From: an uncultured Collinsella sp.
GTDB lineage: Bacteria > Actinomycetota > Coriobacteriia > Coriobacteriales > Coriobacteriaceae
Length of the DNA stretch: 32,891 nt
Reading direction: 5' to 3'
Assembly: GCA_900552425.1 (NCBI GenBank)
Contig: URZR01000001.1
Coordinates: 1-32,891, forward strand
The stretch's first letter is position 1. The number at the start of each line of letters is the position of its first letter. Of this stretch, positions 18,064 to 28,454 are shown one piece after another. Made by a program: the position numbers and the translations under genes. The notes below the pieces were generated by a model. The model saw nothing but the letters and a program-made list of their open reading frames with translations. It was not told where the DNA came from and did not search any database.

Positions 18064-18106
18064 AAATGAAACGGCCCCGGTTGCATATCCTGCAACCGGG
18101 GCCGTT
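18064..18106 (-). terminator. Terminator of rlmN
   Basis: 16-bp perfect stem AACGGCCCCGGTTGCA/TGCAACCGGGGCCGTT (18070-18106) with a T-rich tail on the minus strand. Confidence 0.75.
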
Positions 18107-18109
18107 CGA

Positions 18110-18125
18110 TGTTTCACATGAAACG
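18110..18125. promoter_or_regulatory. Degenerate parS site
   Basis: TGTTTCACATGAAACG, 14/16 match to the consensus. Confidence 0.7.
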
Positions 18126-18143
18126 TATTGGGGTGCGACTCCC

Positions 18144-19196
18144 CTATGCGTTCTTCTGAACTTTGAAGCGCTGCTTCAGCTGTCCGCAAGCGGCGTCAAT
18201 ATCGTTACCACGGGAGTTACGAATCGTGGTCTCGATGCCACGGGACTCAAGACGACGCTGAAGATCCTCAACCTTATGAATCGGCGACGGCTTGAGCGGG
18301 CTGCCCTCGATGTCGTTAAGCTGAATCAGGTTAACGTGGCACAGCGTTCCCTCGCAGAAGTCGCAGAGCGCCTGCATCTCGGGATTCGTATCGTTGACGC
18401 CTTCGATCATGGCATACTCATAGGTCGGGCGGCGGCCAGTCTTCTCGGTGTAGAGCTGAAGCGCTTCGTGAAGGCGAAGCAGCGTGTATTTCTTAACACC
18501 GGGCATGAGCTTATTGCGCGTCGACTGGATGGCGGAATGCAGGGAAACGGCAAGAGTGAACTGCTCGGGGATATCGGCAAATTTGCGAATACCGGGAATA
18601 ACGCCGCTGGTGGAGACAGTGAGGTGACGAGCGCCGATACCGATGCCATCGGGGTCGTTGAGGATACGCAGTGCCTTGAGAACCTCGTCGTAGTTGGCAA
18701 ACGGCTCGCCCTGGCCCATGAAGACAACGCTTGTGGCACGCTCGCCAAAGTCGTTGGATACATGAAGCACCTGGTCGACGATCTCTTGAGCGGTCAGAGA
18801 GCGCTTGAGGCCGTTGAGACCGGTAGCGCAAAAGGCACAGCCCATGCCGCAGCCTGCCTGGGTGGAAACGCAGACGGAAAGCTTGTTACGACGGGGCATG
18901 CCGACAGTCTCGACGGAAATGCCATCGTGGTACTCGAGCAGATACTTGCGCGAGCCATCTTTGGAAACCTGCTTGGTGAGTTCAGTCGGCGTATCAAAGG
19001 CAAAAGCCTCTTTAAGCTGCTCACGGAAAGCCTTGGGGAGGTTGGTCATATCGTCAAACGAACAAACGTTCTTCTCGAAGACCCATTCGATGAGCTGCTT
19101 CGCGCGGAAGGCGGGCTGGCCAAGTTCGGTCACGAGCTCGCGAATATCGTTTTGGCTCAAGTCGCGAATGTCCTGAGATTTAGTCCTGGGATTCAT
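18144..19196 (-). CDS. rlmN: 23S rRNA/tRNA C2-methyltransferase, radical SAM
   Basis: CVSTQAGCGMGCAFC, FMGQGEP, LAVSLH, DIDAACGQL. Confidence 0.95.
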   Translation of the reverse strand: MNPRTKSQDIRDLSQNDIRELVTELGQPAFRAKQLIEWVFEKNVCSFDDMTNLPKAFREQLKEAFAFDTPTELTKQVSKDGSRKYLLEYHDGISVETVGMPRRNKLSVCVSTQAGCGMGCAFCATGLNGLKRSLTAQEIVDQVLHVSNDFGERATSVVFMGQGEPFANYDEVLKALRILNDPDGIGIGARHLTVSTSGVIPGIRKFADIPEQFTLAVSLHSAIQSTRNKLMPGVKKYTLLRLHEALQLYTEKTGRRPTYEYAMIEGVNDTNPEMQALCDFCEGTLCHVNLIQLNDIEGSPLKPSPIHKVEDLQRRLESRGIETTIRNSRGNDIDAACGQLKQRFKVQKNA

Positions 19197-19281
19197 GGAA
19201 GCCTTTCGATTTTGGGGAAACGTAGAGGGTATCGCTACAATATGGTATCAGCTGCAGAAATTATAGAGGAGGAGTCTGCCC

Positions 19282-20247
19282 ATGCCGGGTAAAAGCCTAG
19301 AGAACATGCACGTAGCGGTCTTGGCGGGCGGTCATTCCGCTGAGCGCGAGATCTCGCTCAATTCGGGAAAGAACGTCGTGGCTGCCTTGAAGGAGGCCGG
19401 CTACACTTCGGTGGAGCTGATCGACACGGCTGCCGATGACTTTATGGTAACCATGGCGACCGGCGGTTTCGATGTGGCATTTATCGCCATGCACGGCGCC
19501 GGCGGTGAGGATGGCGCCATGCAGGGTGCCATGGAGACCCTGGGTATCCCCTACACGGCCTCGGGCGTACTTGCCAGCGCCTGCGGTGCCGACAAGGAGG
19601 TCTCTAAGCTCCTATACGCCAAGGCGGGCATTCCCATTGCCCCCGGCCTTGCGCTCGAGGTGGGCGATGAAGTCGATATCGATCATATCGTCGAGGTTTG
19701 TGGCGAGCGCTGCTTTGTGAAGCCGGCCGTCAACGGTTCCAGCTATGGCATTTCCCTGGTCCATGAGCCCTCCGAGCTGCCCGCGGCAATCGCCAAGGCG
19801 TTTGAGTACGGCGACAAAGTGCTGGTCGAGAAGTGCATCGAGGGTACCGAGGTCACCGTCGGCGTATACGGCGAAGATGACGTGCGCGCCCTGCCGATTG
19901 TCGAGATTCGTAAGCCCGAGGACTGCGAGTTCTACGATCTGGACGTGAAGTATGTCGACCCTACGGATATCCATCGCATTCCGGCGCAGATTTCACCCGA
20001 GAATTACGCTCGCGCTCAGGAACTTGCCTGTGCCGCTCACAAGGCCCTCGGTTGCCTGGGCATCTCGCGCAGCGATTTTATCGTGAGCGAGGACGGCCCC
20101 GTTATCCTCGAGACCAATACCATTCCCGGCATGACCGATACGTCGCTGTATCCGGATGAGATCCGCCACACCGACGACATGACGTTCCCGCAGGTCTGTG
20201 ACAGCCTGATCCGTATGGGCCTTCGTCGAGCGGGCATTGCATGCTAA
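19282..20247 (+). CDS. ddl: D-alanine--D-alanine ligase
   Basis: GGHSAEREISLNSG, HGAGGEDG, VKP..GSS, FYD...KY, LETNTIPGMT. Confidence 0.94.
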   Translation: MPGKSLENMHVAVLAGGHSAEREISLNSGKNVVAALKEAGYTSVELIDTAADDFMVTMATGGFDVAFIAMHGAGGEDGAMQGAMETLGIPYTASGVLASACGADKEVSKLLYAKAGIPIAPGLALEVGDEVDIDHIVEVCGERCFVKPAVNGSSYGISLVHEPSELPAAIAKAFEYGDKVLVEKCIEGTEVTVGVYGEDDVRALPIVEIRKPEDCEFYDLDVKYVDPTDIHRIPAQISPENYARAQELACAAHKALGCLGISRSDFIVSEDGPVILETNTIPGMTDTSLYPDEIRHTDDMTFPQVCDSLIRMGLRRAGIAC

Positions 20248-23135
20248 TCGAGGACGCGGTTTCGTCAGGAACGCCGCAGTTTGTCATCGACTCCTATGCC
20301 ACGCTTGCCGAACGCGCCAAAACGCAGTCCTTCGGCCTTATCGAGGAAGATGTGATTATCCTCGATACCGAGACCACGGGTCTTTCGGTGCAGGACAACG
20401 AGCTGATCGAGATCTCGGCGGCCCGTCTTTCGGGCCGCGAGGTCATCGACCGCTTCGATACCTTCGTGCATCCCAGGCAGCTGATTCCCGCCGAGATTAC
20501 CGAGCTCACGAGCATTACAAATGCCGATGTTGCAGATGCCCCGTCGGCGGTTGAGGCCGTCGCCGCTCTCGCCGATTTTGTCGGTGGCTGCCCGGTGATC
20601 GCACACAACGCCACGTTCGACCGCTCGTTTATCGAGTCGGTCAAAGGCGGCGTCAACGTGAGCGATATTTGGATCGATTCGCTGGCGCTGTCGCGCATCG
20701 CGCTTCCGCGCCTGGCCTCGCACAAGCTGTCTTTTATGGCCGATCTGTTTGGCTGCGACTCGGTATCACACCGTGCCAATGCCGACGTCGACGCTCTGTG
20801 TGGCGTATGGCGCGTGTTGCTCGTGGCGCTCACCGACTTGCCCCAGGGCCTCATGGCGCGCCTAGCCGACATGCATCCGGACGTGCCTTGGTCCTATCGT
20901 CCTATCTTCTCATTCTTGGCAGGGCAGAACCCTGGTTCTATCTTCTCTCTCAGCGCCGCTCGTGCTGACGTTCTCAAGGCCGATCGCGCCGACGATCGGG
21001 TGGACGCCGATGAACTGCCGGTTCTCAAGATGCCGAGTCGTGAGGAGATTGAGGCAGACTATGCGCCAGGTGGCCTAGTCAATCGCATGTATCCCACCTA
21101 CGAGCCGCGTGATGAGCAGATCGCGATGGCGCTCGAGGTCCGCGATGCGCTGGTCACGGGCACTCATCGAGTAATTGAGGCAGGCACAGGCGTCGGCAAA
21201 TCGATGGCCTATCTGGTACCTTTTGCCGAGGCAGCACGCCGTAACAACATCACGGTTGGTATTGCGACCAAATCGAATAATCTTGCCGACCAGCTCATGT
21301 ACCATGAGCTGCCAAAACTTGCCGAGCAACTGGACGGTGGTCTGTCATTTTGCGCTCTCAAGGGGTATGACCACTATCCGTGCCTGCGCAAGCTTGAGCG
21401 CATGAGCCGCGGCCAGGTCGAGATTACCACCAAGCGCGATCCGGCGGACACGCTCACGGCGGTCGCGGTCATTATGGCGTACGTCTGCCAATCAGCCGAT
21501 GGCGACCTCGACTCGCTCGGCATTCGGTGGCGCAGCGTCAACCGTCCCGACTTTACGACGGCCTCGCGCGAGTGTGCCCGTCGCCTCTGCCCGTTTTTCC
21601 CTGATAAATGTTTGGTCCACGGTGCTCGCCGTCGTGCGGCGCATGCCGATGTGGTGGTCACCAACCATTCCCTGCTGTTCCGCAACGTCGCGGCCGAGGG
21701 CAGGATTTTGCCTCCGATTCGTCATTGGGTAATCGACGAGGCCCATTCCATCGAGCGCGAGGCGCGCCGTCAGTGGGCGCGCGTGGTGTCGGCGGACGAA
21801 TCACGCGTTCTGTTTGAGCGTCTGGGTGGCTCGAGCACCGGCGCGCTAAGCCAGGTTTCCCGTGATTTGGCAACCTCCGAGGGCTCTACGCTCTATCTGG
21901 GCCTTACTGCCAAGGCGACGTCGACGGTTGCGCGCGCGAGCATGGCAATCGCCGACGTGTTCGATGGCGTTCGCGAGCTCGGCCGCCGTGCGCGTGGGGG
22001 TTATGACAATGCCAATCTATGGATTGGCCCCGAGCTGCGCGAATCTGACGACTGGCATGATTTCTTACAGTCGGCCTACGCTGCCATCGGCACATTGGAA
22101 CAAGCTGACAAGAGCGTCGACGCGCTGGTACAAGCCGTCGCCGCCGACAAGCCCGAGGTTGTTGTCGACCTGGGTGATATCTCGCGCCGCCTGCACGAGC
22201 TGGCCGAGAACCTCAAACTCATCATTGATGGCACCGATGAACACTACGTGTATTCGCTGCAGGTCAATCGCAGACTTCGTGCCGGCGGAGAGTCGATGAC
22301 CGCAGAGCGCATCGACATTGGCGAGGCCTTGGCAACCGAGTGGCTACCCGAGGTTCACACGGCTATCTTTGCCTCGGCGACCATGACGGTGTCCAAAAGC
22401 TTTGAGCACTTCAACCATGCGGTCGGCCTTGATCGCATCGGTGCTTCAACGTCGTCATCGCTGCACTTGGATTCGAGCTACGACTTCGATTCGAACATGG
22501 CTGTAGTCGTTGCGGGCGATATCCCCGATCCGCGCGATCGTGAGAGCTATCTTACGGCGCTCGAGCGCGTACTGGTCGACGCCCATCTTGCCATGGGCGG
22601 ATCGGTGCTCACGTTGTTCACCAATCGGCGCGACATGGAGGACCTATACGCCCGCGTTGAGCCCAAGATGGCCCGTGCGGGTCTGGAGCTCAACTGCCAG
22701 CAGCGCAACTCATCTCCTCGTCGCCTGCGCGACCGGTTTATCAACGAACCGACCTCGTCGCTTTTTGCGCTCAAGGCCTTCTGGGAGGGGTTTGATGCCA
22801 GCGGCGAGACGCTGCGCTGCGTCATCATTCCCAAGTTGCCGTTCTCGAGCCCCACGGACCCGCTCTCGTGCGAGCGCAACCTGCGCGAAGACCGCGCATG
22901 GGCGCGCTATTCGCTGCCCGAGGCGGTGCTCGAGGTTAAGCAGGCCGCGGGGCGTTTGATTCGCTCGTCGACCGATAGCGGTGTGCTGATCTTGGCGGAT
23001 CCTCGCCTGGTGACGAAGGGCTACGGAAAGAAGTTCTTAACGTCGCTGCCCACGAGCTCCTACCAGCGCATCGAATCGGCACAGATCGGTCACTATCTGC
23101 AAGTGTGGCGCGCACGCCACGAGCGGCGGCGCTAA
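20241..23135 (+). CDS. dinG: DEDDh 3'-5' exonuclease fused to a DinG-family helicase
   Basis: ILDTETTG, AHNATFD and HRANAD exonuclease motifs; EAGTGVGKS, DEAH, QAAGRLIRS helicase motifs; Cys cluster YPC...ECARRLCPFFPDKC. Confidence 0.9.
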   Translation: MLIEDAVSSGTPQFVIDSYATLAERAKTQSFGLIEEDVIILDTETTGLSVQDNELIEISAARLSGREVIDRFDTFVHPRQLIPAEITELTSITNADVADAPSAVEAVAALADFVGGCPVIAHNATFDRSFIESVKGGVNVSDIWIDSLALSRIALPRLASHKLSFMADLFGCDSVSHRANADVDALCGVWRVLLVALTDLPQGLMARLADMHPDVPWSYRPIFSFLAGQNPGSIFSLSAARADVLKADRADDRVDADELPVLKMPSREEIEADYAPGGLVNRMYPTYEPRDEQIAMALEVRDALVTGTHRVIEAGTGVGKSMAYLVPFAEAARRNNITVGIATKSNNLADQLMYHELPKLAEQLDGGLSFCALKGYDHYPCLRKLERMSRGQVEITTKRDPADTLTAVAVIMAYVCQSADGDLDSLGIRWRSVNRPDFTTASRECARRLCPFFPDKCLVHGARRRAAHADVVVTNHSLLFRNVAAEGRILPPIRHWVIDEAHSIEREARRQWARVVSADESRVLFERLGGSSTGALSQVSRDLATSEGSTLYLGLTAKATSTVARASMAIADVFDGVRELGRRARGGYDNANLWIGPELRESDDWHDFLQSAYAAIGTLEQADKSVDALVQAVAADKPEVVVDLGDISRRLHELAENLKLIIDGTDEHYVYSLQVNRRLRAGGESMTAERIDIGEALATEWLPEVHTAIFASATMTVSKSFEHFNHAVGLDRIGASTSSSLHLDSSYDFDSNMAVVVAGDIPDPRDRESYLTALERVLVDAHLAMGGSVLTLFTNRRDMEDLYARVEPKMARAGLELNCQQRNSSPRRLRDRFINEPTSSLFALKAFWEGFDASGETLRCVIIPKLPFSSPTDPLSCERNLREDRAWARYSLPEAVLEVKQAAGRLIRSSTDSGVLILADPRLVTKGYGKKFLTSLPTSSYQRIESAQIGHYLQVWRARHERRR

Positions 23136-24049
23136 AGCGGACAGACGAGAGTTTTTGCCATATCGCACAGACGCTTTGACAGGGTGGGGTCATCCAAGAT
23201 GCGGATGGCTCCGCCCGCTGCGATTATCTGGCTCAGTAGCCAACGCTCGGAGCCGTAATGCACGGTTACCGTTGCCATGTCTGCCCCGCTGCGCTCGATG
23301 AGGGTGATGCCGGCCCAGTCCAGATGCTCCGCCATATCGAATGGCATCAAGAGCTTTGCGCTACGCTGCGTCCGGGCAAGGGAATCGTTGAGGGATGCGA
23401 CGTCCGGTGCGTGAGGCACGACGGAGTCTTCCGTCAAGGTGAGTCCCTCGATTTTATCCATGCGATAGGTGCGCTGCTCATCGACTGCGATGTCCCAGGC
23501 AATCAGGTATGTTTGGTCGCCGTTTGCCGTAATGCGCAAGGGGTCGACCAGACGCTCGCGTGACCGTGCATCGTCCATCGAGCGATACGAGATGAGGCAG
23601 CGAACGCCGTCCTGAATGGCGCAGCTCAGCTGCTGCCAGTGCGACCCGTGGTTGACGGTGTCAAAGACGCACTGGTTATAGCCGAGCTCTTCGGGTAGAA
23701 GAGCGTGTCGAATCCGAGCTGCCGTCTGCGGCTCGATCCCCAACGATTCAAGTTCGTGGTTGAGCACAGCGCCCTCGGCGGTACTCAAGCGCAGCGGTAG
23801 CACACGTCCGGCGTCACCGGTGAGGACCACACGCTCGCCGTGGCATTCGCAGATGATGCGCGCACCCGATTCTCGGTCCGCGAGCGTCGAGACGATCTCG
23901 AGAATCTCGTCGAGCGACACTCCCGTGATGTCAAAGCGACTGCAAATCTCAGTTCGTGTCATGCCGCTCTCGCCGGCGGCGTAGAGGGCCTCCATGATGT
24001 CGATGGCGCGCGAGAGCCTCTGCTCGCTGGTGAGTTTACGCACGGGCAT
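23132..24049 (-). CDS. PafC-like HTH-WYL-WCX regulator
   Basis: PLRLSTAEG, RERLVDPLRI, YLIAWD..RTYRMDKI and a C-terminal WCX-like region. Start placed at ATG 24049. Confidence 0.8.
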   Translation of the reverse strand: MPVRKLTSEQRLSRAIDIMEALYAAGESGMTRTEICSRFDITGVSLDEILEIVSTLADRESGARIICECHGERVVLTGDAGRVLPLRLSTAEGAVLNHELESLGIEPQTAARIRHALLPEELGYNQCVFDTVNHGSHWQQLSCAIQDGVRCLISYRSMDDARSRERLVDPLRITANGDQTYLIAWDIAVDEQRTYRMDKIEGLTLTEDSVVPHAPDVASLNDSLARTQRSAKLLMPFDMAEHLDWAGITLIERSGADMATVTVHYGSERWLLSQIIAAGGAIRILDDPTLSKRLCDMAKTLVCPL

Positions 24050-25058
24050 GCTCGTGCACCGTCCTTTCAATGAGGTGGTTCCACGCCTGCTTAAGCGATT
24101 TGGGGGCCATGGGCCTCATGCCGTCCGTGGCGTGGGTCATGCAAAATGAGGCGGCGGCTTCAAGATCGCGCACGTCAACGGTCCAAGTCCATCCCGAATC
24201 GGTGTGTGCGAGCTCACCTCGCCCGCGCGTGAGGCCGTTGATCATATCGATCTGCGTCTGCGGGGCGAACGAGAACGTAGCCGCAACGGGCGGGCGGTCG
24301 GCAAAATCGAATTCAAAGAACAGGTAGTCGCTGAGGTTGAAGTCCGCAGGGATGGCGTAGGCCTTCGAAGGACGCCATGCGCGAACGATACGGTCGCAGC
24401 GGAATGTCCTGATGTCGTCGGTGACATTGTCGAGGCCGCAGAAGTACGCCACGCCCTCGCGTTCGAACATGCCGTAGACACAGACGGTACGTTCTTTCTG
24501 CTCGCCGCGTCCGTTCTGATATAAAAATCGCAGCGCGCACCGCTCGGCAAAGGCGCTCCATACCGCATCGACGGTGGGAGAGCGGCGGATCGGTACTTCG
24601 TCCACCGTCGTCCTGCCGGTGAGGTAGGCAATTTTGGAGCGAATATCGGCAAGCGGCGCGGCAAAGGTGGAAGAGCCGGCCGCTAGCGTCTGGTCGATGG
24701 CGTTGAGTAGGATATCGGCGTCGTCTGCGGTGATGAGGCCGCCTGCAGCAAACGTGTGCTCGCGGTCGATTGTCCACGAGCTTTCCTCGGTCTCCTGCGC
24801 ACCGGCGGGGCGAACCTCCTTGATTAAGATGCCACGCTCGAGCAGTTTGTCACGATCGCGCCGAAACTTGCGCTTATCCGAGTCGATATTGCCCGAGCCA
24901 TATCCCAGGTCAGAATCCAAGACGATCTGCTCGGTCGTCAGCGGTTCGGGGGAGCTGTTGAGCACAAAGAAAAGATTGAGGATGCGCTGAGCCGTTTTAT
25001 CGAAACCGGGCTCCGAATTCCCCTTTTTAATTGTCGCGGTCGCGTCGCTTGCCGTCAT
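24036..25058 (-). CDS. PafB-like HTH-WYL-WCX regulator
   Basis: RILNL, RKFRRDRDKL, ERTVCVYG, YFCGLD..IRTFRCDRI, FAIP-like YAIPADF. Confidence 0.82.
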   Translation of the reverse strand: MTASDATATIKKGNSEPGFDKTAQRILNLFFVLNSSPEPLTTEQIVLDSDLGYGSGNIDSDKRKFRRDRDKLLERGILIKEVRPAGAQETEESSWTIDREHTFAAGGLITADDADILLNAIDQTLAAGSSTFAAPLADIRSKIAYLTGRTTVDEVPIRRSPTVDAVWSAFAERCALRFLYQNGRGEQKERTVCVYGMFEREGVAYFCGLDNVTDDIRTFRCDRIVRAWRPSKAYAIPADFNLSDYLFFEFDFADRPPVAATFSFAPQTQIDMINGLTRGRGELAHTDSGWTWTVDVRDLEAAASFCMTHATDGMRPMAPKSLKQAWNHLIERTVHEHARA

Positions 25059-25256
25059 AGAGTCCTCGCATGAGAAGGTGGTTTGCTGCCATGATTTTAG
25101 TCCGATATGGAGATTAGGCTATATCCTTGTCCGCTCGAGGCGTTAAGATGGCCCGAATTCGGTCGTTTGCGCTCGCTCGGGGTATACTTTCGACTATATA
25201 CGGTTCTAATGTGCATGCATTGGGCCTATTTGTCGGATTATGGATGTGGAGCGCAC

Positions 25257-28200
25257 ATGGCGAACACCCAGAACTATATTAACCACCTGCTGCAGAACAC
25301 CGGCATTACGCCGGCATGCAGCGAAGAAGAGCGCTTGGCTGCCGAGGATATCGCTCAGATCTTCCGCAACCACGGCTTTGACCCCGAGGTTCAGGAGTTC
25401 AATGCCCCGGCGCCCAGTAGATTGGCATTTGCCGTTACCGGTATTCTTGCGTTTGCCGGCGCCCTGCTGATGGGCATCGGCGGCGGTATCGGCTTGGTCG
25501 GCACCTTGCTGGCCATTGTCGGCGCCGTTCTTTACGTGCTCGAGCGCACGGGCCACCCCGTGGTTTCGCGCCTGGGCAAGACGGGCGTGAGCCAAAATGT
25601 CATCGCCTACCACAAGGCCTCGGGCCCGCTCGCGTCTCCGCGCAACCGCCCGGTGGTCGTTGTCGCACACTACGACTCTCCCCGTGCCGAGCTGCTCGCC
25701 CGCGAGCCCTATGCTTCGTATCGTGCGCTCATCGCCAAGCTGTTGCCCGTTGCCACGGTTGCCCCTGCTGCCGTTGCCATCCTGCGTATCCTGCCGCTCC
25801 CCGGCGCGCTCAAGGTTCTGCTGTGGATTGTCGCGATCCTCGCTTCCCTCGTTGCACTTGCCAACGCGGCAAACATCATCTCTAACCGCCACGTTCTTCC
25901 CTATACGTCCGGCGCGGTGTGCAACAAGTCTTCTGTCGCCGCTATGCTCGGCGTTATGGACAACGTTGCTCCCTTCCAGGGCGAAAACGAGTTTCCCGAC
26001 GATGTTCCGTTCGATACCTATTTTGGGGAGCAGAAACGTCGTGCCGAGGAAATGGCGCGCGCGGCGGCGGAGTATGCCGCGGCCCAGCAGCAAAACGACT
26101 ACGGCAACACCATCGAGTACGAAGAGCCTACCTACGCCGAGGACGAGTTCGGTCAGCCGATTGCTCCCGACGCTCAAACCGAGCCCGAACAGGGCGAGGC
26201 TTTTGACGAGCAGATTGAGGGCTTTGAGGGTGCGTCTGCCGACGAGACGCTGATTGGCGCCATCGTGCCCGAGGATCAGAATCAGGCTGTCCAGGCCGAA
26301 GAGTTCAATGACGAGGTTCCCGCTGCTGAGCCGGCGGAGGAGCCTGCCGCGGCCGAGCCCGAGCCCAAGCTCTATCGCAACGCCGCCGGCAACATTCGCT
26401 TTGGTTCGGATGCCATCCGTGCACTCGGAATGCTTCCCGAGTCCTGCACGCTCGATTACGAGGAGGGCGAGGAGCCGACGTTTGAGCCCGAGCCTGCGCC
26501 CGTTGTCACTGCGGATGATGAGTCTGCCGCGGTTACCGCTGCCGTTGCCGAGCCCGAGGCGGTGTCCGCGATCGATCCCGCGGCAGGACTGGACATTTTG
26601 GCTCCCGCCGCGCCGGCGCAAGACGTTGCGGACGAGTCTGACGACGATTACGTTGAACAGCCGAGGCGTGTGTCTTACGAGAGCGATACTGATTTCTCGG
26701 CCGAGATTCCCGCGGCAACGCCCCATGCCGATATTGCATCCGCGTTCTCTTCGATTGGCGCCGGCGCTTCCAACTTCTTTAAGGGTGCGCTTGCAAAGGG
26801 CAAGAAATTTGTCGACGATTTCGAGGAGAAGCGCGCTGCCGCACGCGAGGCTGCCGAGCAGGAGGCTATCGCTCAGCAGCAGGCAGCCGAGGCGGCACGT
26901 GAGCGCGCGGCGCAAGAGTTCGAGCAGAACGAGGCTATGCAGTCCGGGCCCGTCGACGCTGCCGAAGCTACGACGTCCTTTGAGTCCCAGCAACCGACGT
27001 CAGCGGATGTTGTTGAGGCAACAACGTCTTTCGAGGCTCAGCAGCACGTCGATAGCACCATGTCGTTTGATGCCGCGCAGTTCGATTCCACGATAACGTT
27101 TGAAAAGCAAGGCACCGCAATTGCCGAGCCCCTTCCTGTTTCCGATGAGCAGGGCGACGCGGCAGACGATGACGAGCCCATTGATGCTGCCGAAATCCAA
27201 GATGCCGCCGAGGACGAGTCCGTCGAGGCCAACTCTGACGAAGAGCAATACGCGGCAGCCGATCAAGGTGATTCGACCGAGGTCGAGCAGGAGGAAGTGC
27301 CTGCGGTTTCCGAGACTCCCGAGACGGATGAGTCGAGGCCTTACTCCACGCAGATTTTCACCATGCCGACCCCGAGTGGTTCCGGTGCCACGGTTGCCAA
27401 TGTCGCTCCCACCCAGGACGAAACGGTCGATTCCCTTATGGCCCAGATTTCCTCCCAGGCATCGCCGCGTCCGCAGATGAATGTTCCCGATCCGGCGTCG
27501 GCACCGTCGCCTGCACCTTCCTCGTCTCCGCTGGCTCCGGTCCCCGATCCGTCGCTGCCGTCTATGAAGCAGGCAAACGTTGCGTCTCGCACGTCGCTGT
27601 TCGACCTTCCCGATCCCTCTGCCCAGGTCAACGACCCCTTTGCTACTGCCCAGGGTCCCGAACCCACATCGGCACCCGTTGCGCCTTCTATGCCCGTTGC
27701 GTCGGGCGCGCAGCCGATCGAGACCATTTCGGCTCCCGCCCCGGCGGCACCCAAGTCTCGCAAACGCGGCCTGGGTGGCCTGTTCGGTCGTAAAAGGAAA
27801 AACGAGCAGGACAGCATGAGTGATTGGCTGGGCGTCGAAGACGATTACGATGCCAAGAAGTCCGGTCGCGGTATCGGTTCGTGGGATAACTTCGAGGACG
27901 ATAACGATGGCTGGAAGGGCGGCGCTACGTCTTCCGATGGCGCTTCTTCCGAAGATATGCTCTCGGCTGTCGCCTCTATGGGCGATGATGAGCTGCTCGG
28001 TCACGATATCTGGTTTGTGGCAACGGGCGCCTCGGATTGTGATGGCGCCGGCATGAAGGCCTTCTTGGCTTCGCATCGCGATAAACTCCGCGGCGTATTC
28101 TTCATCAATCTTGAATCCGTCGGCGCCGGTAGGCTTTCGGTGGTGACGGTCGAGGGCGAACAGCAGCTGCTCAAGGGCGATCGCCGCATCATGAACCTGG

Positions 28201-28433
28201 TCAGCAAGGTGTGCAAGTCGTTCCATGTCGATTGTGGCGCGCTCGAGATGCCCTATGCCAAGACCGATGCCTATGCCGCGCTCGAGGCGAGCCGCCGAGC
28301 CCTCACCATCGCCGGCGTGGACGGCACGCGTCTGGCTTGCGCTCGTACCGAGGACGACCTGCCCCACAATGTCAACCCGACGAACATTGCCACGGTATCC
28401 GAGGTCGTGACCGAGGTTATCCGCCGTTCGTAG
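25257..28433 (+). CDS. Membrane protein with a split M28-peptidase-like fold and a large acidic insertion
   Basis: SQNVIA, VVAHYDS, GAVCNKSSVAAML in the N-terminal part; IWFVATGA and FINLESVG in the C-terminal part; about four TM helices. Start placed at ATG 25257 after GGAG. Confidence 0.75.
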   Translation: MANTQNYINHLLQNTGITPACSEEERLAAEDIAQIFRNHGFDPEVQEFNAPAPSRLAFAVTGILAFAGALLMGIGGGIGLVGTLLAIVGAVLYVLERTGHPVVSRLGKTGVSQNVIAYHKASGPLASPRNRPVVVVAHYDSPRAELLAREPYASYRALIAKLLPVATVAPAAVAILRILPLPGALKVLLWIVAILASLVALANAANIISNRHVLPYTSGAVCNKSSVAAMLGVMDNVAPFQGENEFPDDVPFDTYFGEQKRRAEEMARAAAEYAAAQQQNDYGNTIEYEEPTYAEDEFGQPIAPDAQTEPEQGEAFDEQIEGFEGASADETLIGAIVPEDQNQAVQAEEFNDEVPAAEPAEEPAAAEPEPKLYRNAAGNIRFGSDAIRALGMLPESCTLDYEEGEEPTFEPEPAPVVTADDESAAVTAAVAEPEAVSAIDPAAGLDILAPAAPAQDVADESDDDYVEQPRRVSYESDTDFSAEIPAATPHADIASAFSSIGAGASNFFKGALAKGKKFVDDFEEKRAAAREAAEQEAIAQQQAAEAARERAAQEFEQNEAMQSGPVDAAEATTSFESQQPTSADVVEATTSFEAQQHVDSTMSFDAAQFDSTITFEKQGTAIAEPLPVSDEQGDAADDDEPIDAAEIQDAAEDESVEANSDEEQYAAADQGDSTEVEQEEVPAVSETPETDESRPYSTQIFTMPTPSGSGATVANVAPTQDETVDSLMAQISSQASPRPQMNVPDPASAPSPAPSSSPLAPVPDPSLPSMKQANVASRTSLFDLPDPSAQVNDPFATAQGPEPTSAPVAPSMPVASGAQPIETISAPAPAAPKSRKRGLGGLFGRKRKNEQDSMSDWLGVEDDYDAKKSGRGIGSWDNFEDDNDGWKGGATSSDGASSEDMLSAVASMGDDELLGHDIWFVATGASDCDGAGMKAFLASHRDKLRGVFFINLESVGAGRLSVVTVEGEQQLLKGDRRIMNLVSKVCKSFHVDCGALEMPYAKTDAYAALEASRRALTIAGVDGTRLACARTEDDLPHNVNPTNIATVSEVVTEVIRRS

Positions 28434-28454
28434 ACGGAGCTCTAAGGAGTCAAC

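Noticed and set aside
18144..19196. Radical SAM methyltransferase as Cfr
   Set aside because: Core chromosomal context with no mobile features fits housekeeping RlmN; a phylogeny would confirm.
19282..20247. Ligase as a Van-type D-Ala-D-Lac enzyme
   Set aside because: The omega-loop KY is retained and there are no van cluster genes.
25231..25252. TGTCGG near the pafBC-like divergent promoter as a PafBC site
   Set aside because: The required TA-N3-T ten bases downstream is missing.
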